From assembly GCA_015520605.1 (NCBI GenBank), contig WAPT01000019.1, positions 1-39,156 on the forward strand: 39,156 nucleotides of DNA, given 5' to 3'. The stretch comes from Nanobdellati archaeon (GTDB taxonomy: Archaea; EX4484-52; WAPT01). The translations under genes were made by a program, and so were the position numbers. The notes under the pieces are model-generated. The model was not told the DNA's origin. It searched no databases and was given only the letters and a program-made list of their open reading frames with translations. Below, piece by piece: positions 1 through 9,790 of this stretch; the first letter of the stretch is position 1; each line of letters starts with the position of its first letter.

Positions 1-10
1 CTACTTATTG

Positions 11-964
11 TTAATCCCTTATACCTTCAGGTGTTATTCTGAAGACCGCTTCTCCATCAGGTAAATGTGGAGAATCAACAAGCCTCGCGATTCTTTTGTC
101 TCCCTTACCTTTCCTTAAGTAGATTCTGAAAGTGGCTGCGTGATGTAGAACATGACCGCCAACCGCCTCAGTCGGATCGCCAAATATGACATCTGGTTTT
201 GCCATCACTTGGTTTGTTATGTAAACAACACAGTTGTATGTGTCAGCGATTTTTTGCATTGTATGAAGATGCTGGTTGAGCTTTTGTTGTCGTGACGCGA
301 GAGCACCTCTACCCACATACTCAGCTCTGAAGTGGGATGTTAAGGAATCTATAATTATCAGTTTTATCTTATATTCTTTGATTATGTCCTTTGCCTTTTC
401 CACGAGCAAAATCTGGTGGTCTGAGTTGTAGGCTCTACCCACAAACACATTCTCAAGCGTTTTTTTCGGATCCAGCCCCAAGGCGTTTGCCATCTGTTCT
501 ATTCTCTCAGGCCTGAATGTGTTCTCAGTATCTATGAATAAAGCATTACCGTTAAGTCCTCCCTTCTCTTTTGGAAGCTGAACATTTACCGCGAGCTGAT
601 GCGCGAGCTGTGTTTTTCCGCTGCCGTATGCTCCGTAACATTCCGTTATTGACTGCGTTTCCAGCCCACCGTGCAGGAGAGCATCAAGCTCCTTACTACT
701 TGTTGTAAGTTTGTTAACACTTTTCCTCTTTTCCAGCACAGCTAGCCCGGTTTCGAAACCCATGTCCAAAGCTTCTCTGGCGGCGGATATGATCTTTGCA
801 GCAACACCCTCTCCGATTTCCGCCACAGCAGCAAGCTCGGCTGGAGAAGCGGTCGCTATCACCATGAGATCCGTGTAGCCGGCTTCCATTAACTTTTCAG
901 CTATCTTTGGCCCGACTCCTGGGAGATCCTCGACGGAGGTTATCTTTTCCTTCATACTCTCCAC
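11..964 (-). CDS. radA: DNA repair and recombination protein RadA
   Basis: N-terminal HhH ([12 protein letters not shown]), GFETG polymerisation motif, Walker [21 protein letters not shown], Walker [20 protein letters not shown]; no intein. Confidence 0.98.
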   Translation of the reverse strand: MESMKEKITSVEDLPGVGPKIAEKLMEAGYTDLMVIATASPAELAAVAEIGEGVAAKIISAAREALDMGFETGLAVLEKRKSVNKLTTSSKELDALLHGGLETQSITECYGAYGSGKTQLAHQLAVNVQLPKEKGGLNGNALFIDTENTFRPERIEQMANALGLDPKKTLENVFVGRAYNSDHQILLVEKAKDIIKEYKIKLIIIDSLTSHFRAEYVGRGALASRQQKLNQHLHTMQKIADTYNCVVYITNQVMAKPDVIFGDPTEAVGGHVLHHAATFRIYLRKGKGDKRIARLVDSPHLPDGEAVFRITPEGIRD

Positions 965-965
965 C

Positions 966-2000
966 CTAATTTTCTAAAAAGGCTTCAACTTCGTGTATCA
1001 ACGATGTTAACAGTGATGTATACTCCACATCACTAACCCTCATTGTTACCAGCTCCGCAAACTCCGTCAACTCATTCTTCCTAATCACACCTCTGAACAC
1101 AAATTCTTTCCCTATAATTGGGAGCACATAATCCTCAAAAAACTTTTTTTCACCCATGGTTTTAATTTTTTCCTCGATTTCATCAACACCCATGTTAAGC
1201 AATCTCCCAACATCCTTTCTAAATGCGACAAAGTTTATGGACGCAACACCATCATCGATTACTCCGCTTAAAATAAGAAGCTTATCTGGTTTTACTTCGC
1301 CGTGTTCCTCACATCTCATACCTTCCTGGAGTTTGGTTTTGCAACTGGGGCAGAGATAATGGATGACGGGGCGTTCAAATACAAGCGAAATGGCGGCTCT
1401 CGCAATTACTGCATCTCCTTCCTTTACCTGCCCGAGGTTCACACGTTTGTAGTTTCTTTTTTGAACGAGTTGAGCTGTCACAGCATTCTCCGGTACTTCT
1501 ATTTCAATCGGGACATCGAGCTTTTTAATTGAACCTTGCTTGCCAACCCGTACCTCTATTCCACCAAAATCATCCTCTCTTGTGTATCCGTTGATGATCT
1601 CTATTACATCCCCTTCTTTCACATCCTTCAGCATCTCGACCTTTTCGTTCCAGATGGATACTCTGACAACACCAGTCTCGTCCCCTGCAAGGAGGTTAAT
1701 AACCCTTCCTGTTTCATTGTTCTCTCTCGAAAACTCCCTGGAGGGGTAGATACGGAGCACCTTAACACACAGATTCACGCTGTTCAAACCGGAAATGAGG
1801 TTCCTTATCTTTAGCACCTTTGGCTTCTTCTTGACAAGCTCAACTCCGAGCTCCTTCCCCACAATTATTATCGCCCCAGCCCTTGACACCAAACCTCCGA
1901 ATTCCTCAATCTTTTCCTCAATCCTTTTCAGAACTCCCTCTCTGGAAATTCCCGCTGTCTCAACTATCTTCTCTATTAGTTCCTCCTCATTAATCTCCAT
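966..2000 (-). CDS. rpa: Replication protein A (archaeal ssDNA-binding protein; OB folds plus Zn finger)
   Basis: OB-fold motif [12 protein letters not shown], second OB fold with inserted CPSC...CEEH zinc finger; ends 1 nt before the radA start, suggesting co-transcription. Confidence 0.9.
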   Translation of the reverse strand: MEINEEELIEKIVETAGISREGVLKRIEEKIEEFGGLVSRAGAIIIVGKELGVELVKKKPKVLKIRNLISGLNSVNLCVKVLRIYPSREFSRENNETGRVINLLAGDETGVVRVSIWNEKVEMLKDVKEGDVIEIINGYTREDDFGGIEVRVGKQGSIKKLDVPIEIEVPENAVTAQLVQKRNYKRVNLGQVKEGDAVIARAAISLVFERPVIHYLCPSCKTKLQEGMRCEEHGEVKPDKLLILSGVIDDGVASINFVAFRKDVGRLLNMGVDEIEEKIKTMGEKKFFEDYVLPIIGKEFVFRGVIRKNELTEFAELVTMRVSDVEYTSLLTSLIHEVEAFLEN

Positions 2001-2085
2001 GGTGGATTTTTCAGATCCATATATTTAAAATACTCACTCACACCACTGCCGATACTGCAGACAGGGTGCCGATAGAAGGATTCAA

Positions 2086-4380
2086 CTACCCAAAGTAGCC
2101 CAACTCTTCCGGCTTTCTTAGCTCCTTTATCCTTTCTATTTTCCTCTTGAAGGACTCTATGTCGTTTTTGGTGAGGGAGGGCTTTATGACGTTCATCGCT
2201 TCTTCAAAATGTCTCATACGCACCTTTTTTGCATTTATCTTCTCTCTCAAAGTTATCAGCGCAGCCTCCCTGCATAGCGCTTCAATGTCGGCTCCTGTGT
2301 AATTTTCAGTTCTCTCCGCTATCTTCTCCAGATCAACATCGTCAGCCAGAGGCATATTCCTTGTGTGAACTTTAAGGATCTCAAGTCTGGCTTTCTGGTC
2401 TGGAGGGGGCACATAAATGTGCCTGTCGAACCTTCCTGGCCTCATTAAAGCTGGATCAAGCACCTCCGGCCTGTTTGTTGCACCTATAACTATAACACCA
2501 CCAAGTCCTTCCAGCCCGTCCATCTCCGCAAGGAGCTGTGTCACAACACGTCCCATGACCTCGTTTTCGGTTGTGAAGCTTCTTTTTGATGCGATAGCGT
2601 CAATCTCATCTATAAAGATTATAGACGGAGCCACCTGCCTTGCCTTTCTAAAGATCTCCCTTATCCTCTTCTCGCTCTCCCCTACCCATTTGGAAAAGAT
2701 CTCCGGTCCTTTTATATAAATGAAGTTGGCCTCGCTCTCATTGGCCACAGCCTTAGCTAACAATGTCTTTCCCGTTCCAGGAGGCCCATAAAGAAGCACA
2801 CCCTTTGGCGGTTTTATACCCATTCTCTTGAACGCTTCCGGGTGCTTGAGTGGCCACTCCACCATCTCTCTAAGCTGCTGCTTCTGCTTCTCAAGCCCAC
2901 CTATATCATTCCATCTTACTTTTGGCACCTCAATCATAACTTCACGCATCGCACTTGGTTCAACAACCATCAAGGCATTCTTGAAATCCTCCATGGTCAC
3001 CTGTAACTTCTCCAGCACTTCTGGTGGGAGCTCATCTTCGTCCAGATTAATCTCGGGGAGCACCCTCCTAAGAGCGGACATTGCAGCCTCCTTCACAAGC
3101 GCCGCCAGATCAGCCCCAACATAACCATGGGTTATATCGGCTATCTTCTCCAGATCAACATCGTCAGCCAGAGGCATATTCCTTGTGTGAATCTGCAGTA
3201 TTTCAAGCCTCCCGTTTCTGTCCGGCACACCGATCTCTATCTCCCTGTCAAACCTTCCCGGTCTTCTCAAAGCTGGGTCAAGCGCGTCAGGTCTGTTTGT
3301 TGCTCCTATGACTATTACCTGTCCTCTGCTCTTCAACCCATCCATACATGCAAGAAGCTGCGCGACTATTCTTCTTTCAACTTCCCCGGTAACATCCTCC
3401 CTTTTTGGGGCTATGGCGTCAATCTCATCTATGAAAATTATAGACGGAGCGTTTTCTTCAGCTTCTTTAAATATGTCTCTTATCTTCTTCTCACTTTCTC
3501 CATACCACTTACTTGTTATTTCCGGCCCGTTGATGGAAATAAAGTAAGCACCGCTCTCATTGGCCACAGCCTTAGCTAACAATGTCTTTCCCGTTCCAGG
3601 AGGCCCATAAAGAAGCACACCCTTTGGCGGCTCTATGCCCAGCCTCTCAAACAGTTCTGGATGTTTCAACGGGAGCTCTATCATTTCCCTTACCTTTCTC
3701 ACAGCTTCCTTAAGTCCACCTATATCTTCATAGGTTACCACAGGAACAGCGCCCTTCTCTTCTGCAACATCCACGCTTTGACTAAGAACCTCAACTCTCG
3801 TATTTTCTGTTATTATCACTATACCGGATGGCTCGGTCTTAACAACCCTAAAGAGCACCTCTCCAAAACCAAGAGCAAAGAGCTCATCAATTCCGAAGCC
3901 TGTGAAGAAATCGGATCTGTATGGATGGCCTCTCCTTCTTGGTGCGGGCAGAATTATATCGCCCTTAACCATAACTCTTCCCAACAACACCCGTTTCATA
4001 TGCTCTCCTGGGATGTGAACCACAACTCCCTTCTGCGCCGGAGCAAGTACAACCTTCTTGGCTTCTTTTATCTCAGCCTTTCTCACCACAACTGTCTCGC
4101 TGACGGAAACTCCAGCATTCCTCCTCGTATAACCGTCCATCCTTATTATGTCCAGTCCCGCATCGGAAGGATACGATCTGAGAGCTATGGCCGCTGTCTT
4201 TCTTTTCCCCTCTATCTCTACAGGCTGGCCTTCTTTCACTCCTATTTCGGCGAGTCTCCTGAGGTCTATTCTAACAATTCCGATGCCTATATCTGATTGC
4301 GCGCTGCTCGGTATCTCTCCAACCTTGAGTCTTATTTCCTTTTTCTTGCTTCCTCTATTTTCCCTTCCCTCTCCAACCAT
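2086..4380 (-). CDS. cdc48: CDC48/VCP family AAA+ ATPase
   Basis: N-domain ([13 protein letters not shown]), two AAA modules (GPPGTGKT twice, [10 protein letters not shown] twice, RPGRFDR twice), C-terminal YFG tail resembling HbYX. Confidence 0.98.
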   Translation of the reverse strand: MVGEGRENRGSKKKEIRLKVGEIPSSAQSDIGIGIVRIDLRRLAEIGVKEGQPVEIEGKRKTAAIALRSYPSDAGLDIIRMDGYTRRNAGVSVSETVVVRKAEIKEAKKVVLAPAQKGVVVHIPGEHMKRVLLGRVMVKGDIILPAPRRRGHPYRSDFFTGFGIDELFALGFGEVLFRVVKTEPSGIVIITENTRVEVLSQSVDVAEEKGAVPVVTYEDIGGLKEAVRKVREMIELPLKHPELFERLGIEPPKGVLLYGPPGTGKTLLAKAVANESGAYFISINGPEITSKWYGESEKKIRDIFKEAEENAPSIIFIDEIDAIAPKREDVTGEVERRIVAQLLACMDGLKSRGQVIVIGATNRPDALDPALRRPGRFDREIEIGVPDRNGRLEILQIHTRNMPLADDVDLEKIADITHGYVGADLAALVKEAAMSALRRVLPEINLDEDELPPEVLEKLQVTMEDFKNALMVVEPSAMREVMIEVPKVRWNDIGGLEKQKQQLREMVEWPLKHPEAFKRMGIKPPKGVLLYGPPGTGKTLLAKAVANESEANFIYIKGPEIFSKWVGESEKRIREIFRKARQVAPSIIFIDEIDAIASKRSFTTENEVMGRVVTQLLAEMDGLEGLGGVIVIGATNRPEVLDPALMRPGRFDRHIYVPPPDQKARLEILKVHTRNMPLADDVDLEKIAERTENYTGADIEALCREAALITLREKINAKKVRMRHFEEAMNVIKPSLTKNDIESFKRKIERIKELRKPEELGYFG
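2318..3191. repeat. Identical 52-bp direct repeat between cdc48 D1 and D2 (2318-2369 and 3140-3191)
   Basis: gctatcttctccagatcaacatcgtcagccagaggcatattccttgtgtgaa read at both positions; encodes [17 protein letters not shown]. Confidence 0.9.
2733..3630. repeat. Identical 79-bp direct repeat between cdc48 D1 and D2 (2733-2811 and 3552-3630)
   Basis: Both copies read cgctctcattggccacagcc...ccctttggcgg with no mismatch; encodes [26 protein letters not shown]. Confidence 0.9.
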
Positions 4381-4434
4381 AAGTACTCTATTTGTTATAC
4401 TGAATTTTTAAATATTGGAAGAAAAAGCTACCAC

Positions 4435-5136
4435 ATGGTGAATGTCCTCAAGCTGAGGTGGGAACAGTTAAATGTTTTTCTTGGGGGAGGAGTGGAAAAG
4501 GGCATAATAACCAACGTGTACGGTGTTGCTGGCGCTGGCAAAACCAACTTTGCGCTTGAAGTGACGATAGCAGCACTCCTTGAAGGAAAAAAGACAGTGT
4601 TCATTGACACGGAGAGAAACTTTTCTCCAGAAAGATTTTTGCAGATGCATCCCAGAAAGGAAGATCTGGAAAGAGTGCTGATCTTCGAGCCATTCTCCTT
4701 CTACGAGCAACATAAAGTTATTCTAGAAAAACTTCCCGAAATCCTAAAGAAGGAGGATGTTGGTGTTGTTATCATAGATTCCATGGTGGCTCTTTATAGA
4801 CTTGAGATGAGGCACGAGAAAGCACAAGAAGTCAATGCTATGCTCAGCGAGCAGTTTGTGCAGCTTGCTAAACTTGCAAAGTATCACAACATTCCCGTGG
4901 TGGTGACATGTCAGGTTTACACACCCTTCGACACAGAGGAGCTTGAGATAGTGGGGAGAGACATCCCGAAATACTCATCGAAGTGCATGATCCTGCTTGA
5001 AAAGAAGAACTTCAACGAAAGGAGAGCAACTCTTATGAAACATCGCTACATGCCCGAGGGAGTATCCATCGATCTCAAAATAACAAATAAAGGTCTTACG
5101 CCCGCCGGATCAAGGAAGTTTGCTATCTTTAAATAG
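4435..5136 (+). CDS. radB: DNA repair and recombination protein RadB
   Basis: RecA core without the RadA N-domain: GVAGAGKT, FIDTE, IIDS, C-terminal KHR basic patch typical of RadB. Start moved to ATG 4435 because the longer ORF overlaps cdc48. Confidence 0.93.
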   Translation: MVNVLKLRWEQLNVFLGGGVEKGIITNVYGVAGAGKTNFALEVTIAALLEGKKTVFIDTERNFSPERFLQMHPRKEDLERVLIFEPFSFYEQHKVILEKLPEILKKEDVGVVIIDSMVALYRLEMRHEKAQEVNAMLSEQFVQLAKLAKYHNIPVVVTCQVYTPFDTEELEIVGRDIPKYSSKCMILLEKKNFNERRATLMKHRYMPEGVSIDLKITNKGLTPAGSRKFAIFK

Positions 5137-5163
5137 GTTTAAACACACAAAAATTAATGAGGG

Positions 5164-5748
5164 ATGGGGGTTATGGTATCTCTCTTTGACATCTTCAACA
5201 TGTCGAATGTCATAAAGAGAGGGAAATTTAGGATCTTTGGGAACTTAGAGTCCAACATCTATTTTGACGTTTCTGAGATCCTGAACAATCCACGCAACTT
5301 TGACATCCTCACCGATATGCTCGCTGATAGCGTCATGGCGATGAACCCCGACAGAGTGGCCGGGGCTTACACTTCCGGCATACCTCTTGCAACCGCCATT
5401 TCTCTCAAAACCAACATCCCCATGGTTTTCATAAGGCGAGAGCCAAAGGAGTACGGACTAACCCGGAGAATCGAGGGGAAATTGGAAGAAGGCGATCATG
5501 TTGTGCTTGTTGATGATGTTTTTACATTCTACGAGTACAATTTGCCATACATCGAGGCTATAGAAGAGGCAGGAGGAATCGTAACATACATGCTGGTAAT
5601 CGTGGACTTTGAGGTGCCGGAAGAGAAAAAGAAGCTTGCGAGGAAAGGTGTAGACCTCGTATCCCTCACAACCGTGCGGGAGATTGTGAACAAGATGAAA
5701 AAGCGTGGATTTTTACCCCAAGATTTCAAGGTCGAGCTAGAGTGTTAG
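5164..5748 (+). CDS. pyrE: Orotate phosphoribosyltransferase-like protein with degenerate PRPP-binding loop
   Basis: Type I PRTase/PyrE features (GIPLATAIS, IRREPKEYG, IEG, VVLVDDV), but the loop reads DDVFTFYEYN instead of DDV(I/L)TTGxS. Confidence 0.7.
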   Translation: MGVMVSLFDIFNMSNVIKRGKFRIFGNLESNIYFDVSEILNNPRNFDILTDMLADSVMAMNPDRVAGAYTSGIPLATAISLKTNIPMVFIRREPKEYGLTRRIEGKLEEGDHVVLVDDVFTFYEYNLPYIEAIEEAGGIVTYMLVIVDFEVPEEKKKLARKGVDLVSLTTVREIVNKMKKRGFLPQDFKVELEC

Positions 5749-7803
5749 CTTCTTTTTACTTCTTTTTTTGCAGCTGGGGTCTAAGCAGATGAACCAATGA
5801 GAGCTCTTTTTGCCTTTAGTTCGCATAATGACTCTTATAATGGGAGTACCACAGGTTTCACACACCCTCCCCGTCGGTATTATTTGACCTTTGGTTGGAA
5901 GAGGATAAGAAATTTTACATTTAGGATATGTGTCACATGACACAAATCTCTTGCCAGATTTTCCCTTTCTTATTATAAGATTGCCTCCACATTTACACTT
6001 GCCGAGTACACGCTCCTTGGATTCCATATCTTTTATGGAATACACAAGTTCCTTCCCCAACTCTTCCTCCTTTTCCTTGAGTTTATTTAGCACAGATATA
6101 AGATGGTTCTTTGCCTCCACCACTATTTCATCACTTTTTGCGATTCCTTTGCTTATTTTCTCAAGCTTTTCCTCGAACTCACGAGTTAGTTCTTCGTCCA
6201 TAATTCTTTCAGCATACTCCTTCAATATTGTTACGACCTTCTCTCCGATGGGAGTTATCTCTATTTTATTACCCTTTATGTACTTTCTTTCATATAGGTG
6301 GTGCACTATTTCAGCTCTTGTTGCCTTCGTTCCGAGGTTTCTCTTTTCAAGCTCCCTCACGAGAGAGGCAGCGGTGTATCTGTCTGGTGGAGTAGTCATT
6401 TTCTTTTCAAGCTTTACCTTATCTACGGGGTAGGTGCCATTAAGGGTGAATGCCGGCAGCTCAATCTCTTTACTTCTCAAGTAGGGTTTGTATGCTCTGT
6501 ACCAGCCTTCATGAACCACCTGCACTCCCGTTGCGATGAATTTGGCGCCATTGGCATCAAAAACAACCTTTGTGAGCATTTTTTCAGCAGGTTCCATGAA
6601 ACAAGCAAGAAACCTTCTTACGATGAGATCATAAATTTTCGCTTCATTTTTACCTAGATTTTGAGGAACCTCTCCTGTGGGGTGGATGGCCGGATGTGCT
6701 TCATCATCCTTCTTCCCTTCCTTAGGAATCAGAAGACGCTTGCTTAACAACTCCGCCACAACACTTTGATATTGTGAGATCTTTGATATACCATGCAAAA
6801 TCTTGTGAAAGTCAATTGTTCTGGGAAGCTTCTGCGAGCTCGTTCTGGGGTAGGAGATTAGGGACATTTCATAAAGCTTCTGCGCTATGTCCTGTGTCTG
6901 TTTCGGGCTGAGCTTGAAGAGCGCGTAAGCTTCAGCCTGCAAGTCGTTGAGATTGAACGACGCGGGTGGGTTGTGTTTCTTTTTCTTCCTGTTTATCTCA
7001 GCAACCCTAGCGTGTTTCGTTGCTTTCACCTTTCTGTGGAGATCTCTTGCAACAACCTCTTTTTCTATCTTACCTCCTTCATATTCTGCTTTTACCCCCA
7101 TTACCTCTATGCTGAGCTTCCAATAGGGTGTTGGCATAAACTGCCTTATCTCAAGCTCCCTGTCGTAAACTATCTTCAATGCAGGCCCCTGAACCCTCCC
7201 GCTGCTCAGTATGAAGTGTCTTCCTGCCTTTTTTACTGCGCTCATCAGAGCTCTGCTTACATTAATCCCCCAAAAATAATCTAAAATGTGTCGCGTGACA
7301 CCCGCTTCTGCAAGCCCGAAGAGAATGGTCGGTTTGGCATTCTCATACGCTTTAACAAGGTCGTCCTTTGTCAGGGTGGAGAAAAGCATACGCTGTGCAT
7401 TTTTTCTGTTACATATAAAGCGCAGGATGTTGAATCCGATAGTCTCGCCCTCAATATCGTAGTCTGTGGCTACGATTATCTTCTTGGACTTGTTGCTGAG
7501 CATTTTTATGGCAGAAATGTATTCTTTAGTATATGTCGCACTCTTACCGACAACATACAGCGGTTTCCACTCGACATCGAATACAGGGTAGTGGTTATAC
7601 GCTACCTTCTCCCTTTCCGCCAGCCCAAAAAGATGCCCTGCAGCCCCCACAACTGCTATTTTTTTGCCCTTCCTCTCTATCTCAAAATAAGGAACCTTGC
7701 CGTGCCTTTTCGTTATAATCTTTGATTCCGCAAGTGCCTGCGCTATCTTTCTTGCACTGGAAGGCTTCTCAGCTATGATGAGCTCATCGTACATTTCCAT
7801 CAT
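5737..7803 (-). CDS. topA: Type IA DNA topoisomerase
   Basis: TOPRIM IIAEKPS and ATDYDIEGE, SSGRVQGP, catalytic Tyr in ISYPRT, LGTKATR, C-terminal Cys zinc ribbons. Confidence 0.97.
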   Translation of the reverse strand: MMEMYDELIIAEKPSSARKIAQALAESKIITKRHGKVPYFEIERKGKKIAVVGAAGHLFGLAEREKVAYNHYPVFDVEWKPLYVVGKSATYTKEYISAIKMLSNKSKKIIVATDYDIEGETIGFNILRFICNRKNAQRMLFSTLTKDDLVKAYENAKPTILFGLAEAGVTRHILDYFWGINVSRALMSAVKKAGRHFILSSGRVQGPALKIVYDRELEIRQFMPTPYWKLSIEVMGVKAEYEGGKIEKEVVARDLHRKVKATKHARVAEINRKKKKHNPPASFNLNDLQAEAYALFKLSPKQTQDIAQKLYEMSLISYPRTSSQKLPRTIDFHKILHGISKISQYQSVVAELLSKRLLIPKEGKKDDEAHPAIHPTGEVPQNLGKNEAKIYDLIVRRFLACFMEPAEKMLTKVVFDANGAKFIATGVQVVHEGWYRAYKPYLRSKEIELPAFTLNGTYPVDKVKLEKKMTTPPDRYTAASLVRELEKRNLGTKATRAEIVHHLYERKYIKGNKIEITPIGEKVVTILKEYAERIMDEELTREFEEKLEKISKGIAKSDEIVVEAKNHLISVLNKLKEKEEELGKELVYSIKDMESKERVLGKCKCGGNLIIRKGKSGKRFVSCDTYPKCKISYPLPTKGQIIPTGRVCETCGTPIIRVIMRTKGKKSSHWFICLDPSCKKRSKKKLTL

Positions 7804-9095
7804 CGCTTGGACTTTGGCTCAATTTTCTTTATTCCATTCATGTATGGCCACAACACTTTAGGAATGTCCACACTGCCATCTTCATTCTGATAATTTTCAA
7901 GGATAGCACACATGGTTCTCTCCGTTGCTATGCCAGTACAGTTAAGGATGTGTACATAGCCCTTCGGTTTGCTTCCCTCTTTTTCCCTCCACTTTATGTT
8001 AAGCTTCCTAGCCTGATAATCTGTGCAGTTGCTCCCACTCACCACCTCTCTATACTTTTGCTGAGCCGGAAACCAAACCTCTATATCGTACTTTTTGGCA
8101 GCATTATCGTTCATCTCTCCGGAACATATATTTACCACCCTGTACGGCAGTCCCAGCTCCTGGTAGAACTCCTCGGCATTCTGAATCATCCTTTCATGCC
8201 AGTCCCAGCTTTCCTCCGGCAGGCAGAATACTATTTGCTCAACCTTGTCGAACTGGTGCACCCTGAAGATGCCTTTGGTATCTTTTCCATGTGCTCCAGA
8301 TTCCCGCCTAAAATTAGTTGAGAACCCCACATACTTAAGTGGGAGCTCATCCTTCAGAAACGTCTCATTCATGTGGTATGAAAGGATCGATTGTTCTGCT
8401 GTGGCTATGAGGTAGGCATCCATGCCTTCAACCTTGTATAGAGTTTCCTCAAAATCAGCAAGTTCTGAGGCCCCTTTCATGGCCTCACCACTTATCATAT
8501 ACGGCGTCCAAAGTGGTATAAATCCCTTGGCCGTTAGCTTATCGAAGGCATACCTTATTAAAGCGAGGTTGAGCAGCACGAGCTCGTTTCTTAGGTAATA
8601 GAACCTTGATCCGATAACCTTGGCAGCTCTGGCAACATCAGCAACATCGAGGATCTCTATCAGATCAGCATGCCCTTTTGGCTCGAAATCGAATCTCTTG
8701 GGATTTTCCCATGTCCTAACCACAACATTATCTTCCTCGCTCTCACCCACAGGCACGCTCTCATGTAGTATGTTTCCTATTCTGTAGCGGAGCTCATCTC
8801 TCTTCTGGAGGAGCTCGGCAGCTTTCTTCTCAAGCTCATCAACCCTTCGCTTTAGATCCTTCATTTTTTGAGCAAGATCCTCGGGAGTTGAACTTCTTTC
8901 TTTTCTCCTCTTTGCAACTTCGGAAAGAATCCTGTTCCTCTTCTCTCTCAGCTTCTGAAGCTCCCGTATGCTTTCCCTCCATTTTGCATCGTACTCCAAC
9001 ACTTTGTCCACTATGGACGGGTCTTTGAATCTTTTTCGCTCGGATTCCTTAACTATTTCGGGGTGTTGCCTTATGAAGTCCATGTCGAGCATCAC
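7800..9095 (-). CDS. serS: Seryl-tRNA synthetase
   Basis: MLD start, N-terminal coiled-coil arm, LIATAE, motif 2 FRRESG..GIFRVHQFDKVE, SGSNCTDYQAR, motif 3 ATER. Confidence 0.98.
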   Translation of the reverse strand: MMLDMDFIRQHPEIVKESERKRFKDPSIVDKVLEYDAKWRESIRELQKLREKRNRILSEVAKRRKERSSTPEDLAQKMKDLKRRVDELEKKAAELLQKRDELRYRIGNILHESVPVGESEEDNVVVRTWENPKRFDFEPKGHADLIEILDVADVARAAKVIGSRFYYLRNELVLLNLALIRYAFDKLTAKGFIPLWTPYMISGEAMKGASELADFEETLYKVEGMDAYLIATAEQSILSYHMNETFLKDELPLKYVGFSTNFRRESGAHGKDTKGIFRVHQFDKVEQIVFCLPEESWDWHERMIQNAEEFYQELGLPYRVVNICSGEMNDNAAKKYDIEVWFPAQQKYREVVSGSNCTDYQARKLNIKWREKEGSKPKGYVHILNCTGIATERTMCAILENYQNEDGSVDIPKVLWPYMNGIKKIEPKSKR

Positions 9096-9140
9096 ACATC
9101 ACCAAGAACCTTTTAATAATTCACCGAGTGTTAAATTTTT

Positions 9141-9782
9141 ATGGGTTTATTGTCTTTCTTCTTTAGAAACAAAAAGGTCGAGAAACTGGAAACTGATGTG
9201 AAAAACATAAAAAATGAGCTTGAAAGTATAAGAACCGAGATTGAAAACACGAAAGAGCTGCTTTCATCTCTGAGTTCGGCGATAAAGCTACTTGACTCAA
9301 AATTAAAAAAGGAAGCGGAAAAGTTCAACATCAAGATGGAAGAGGTTGAAGAAAAAATATCTATCTTGATCAGATCAACTAAAATCGGGGTTGAAGCTAA
9401 AAAGGAAGTAGAAAGCATAAAGTTAAAGATAGAAGAGTTGGAAAAGTTGGTGGAGAACAAAAAAATTCGTGAAAAGAAAAAAGGATCAGAACGTAAAATT
9501 CCTGATGTGGGGATCGAAGACCGCGCTTTGTCACCGCAATCATCCGACTTCATGAAAACACTATCCCACGCGGAAAGAGAAATCATTTCTGTTTTGCTAT
9601 CTTCGGAAATTCCGCTTAGCTATGAGGAGATTGCGGAAAAGTGCGGTAAGTCACCCAGCACTGTCAGAGATCACATAAACAGTATAAGGAGAAAAGCCGA
9701 CATCATTGAGGTTGTCGAAGCTCCGGACAGAAAAAAGCTCTTCAAGATAATACCTCTCGTGAGGAAGGAGCTGATTTTCTAG
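9141..9782 (+). CDS. Uncharacterised protein: N-terminal amphipathic helix, coiled coil, C-terminal winged helix-turn-helix
   Basis: MGLLSFFFRNKK N-terminus; heptad-rich E/K segment (about aa 12-108); LSHAEREIISVLL...LSYEEIAEKCGKSPSTVRDHINSIRRK wHTH with a beta-wing. Confidence 0.85.
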   Translation: MGLLSFFFRNKKVEKLETDVKNIKNELESIRTEIENTKELLSSLSSAIKLLDSKLKKEAEKFNIKMEEVEEKISILIRSTKIGVEAKKEVESIKLKIEELEKLVENKKIREKKKGSERKIPDVGIEDRALSPQSSDFMKTLSHAEREIISVLLSSEIPLSYEEIAEKCGKSPSTVRDHINSIRRKADIIEVVEAPDRKKLFKIIPLVRKELIF

Positions 9783-9790
9783 CTTGGTTG

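Noticed and set aside
4297-4434. N-terminal extension of RadB in the ORF track
   Set aside because: Overlaps the cdc48 start and the AT-rich divergent promoter; RadB homology begins near ATG 4435.
9131-9586. 151-aa minus-strand ORF
   Set aside because: Ser/Phe-rich antisense shadow of the E/K-rich coiled-coil gene.
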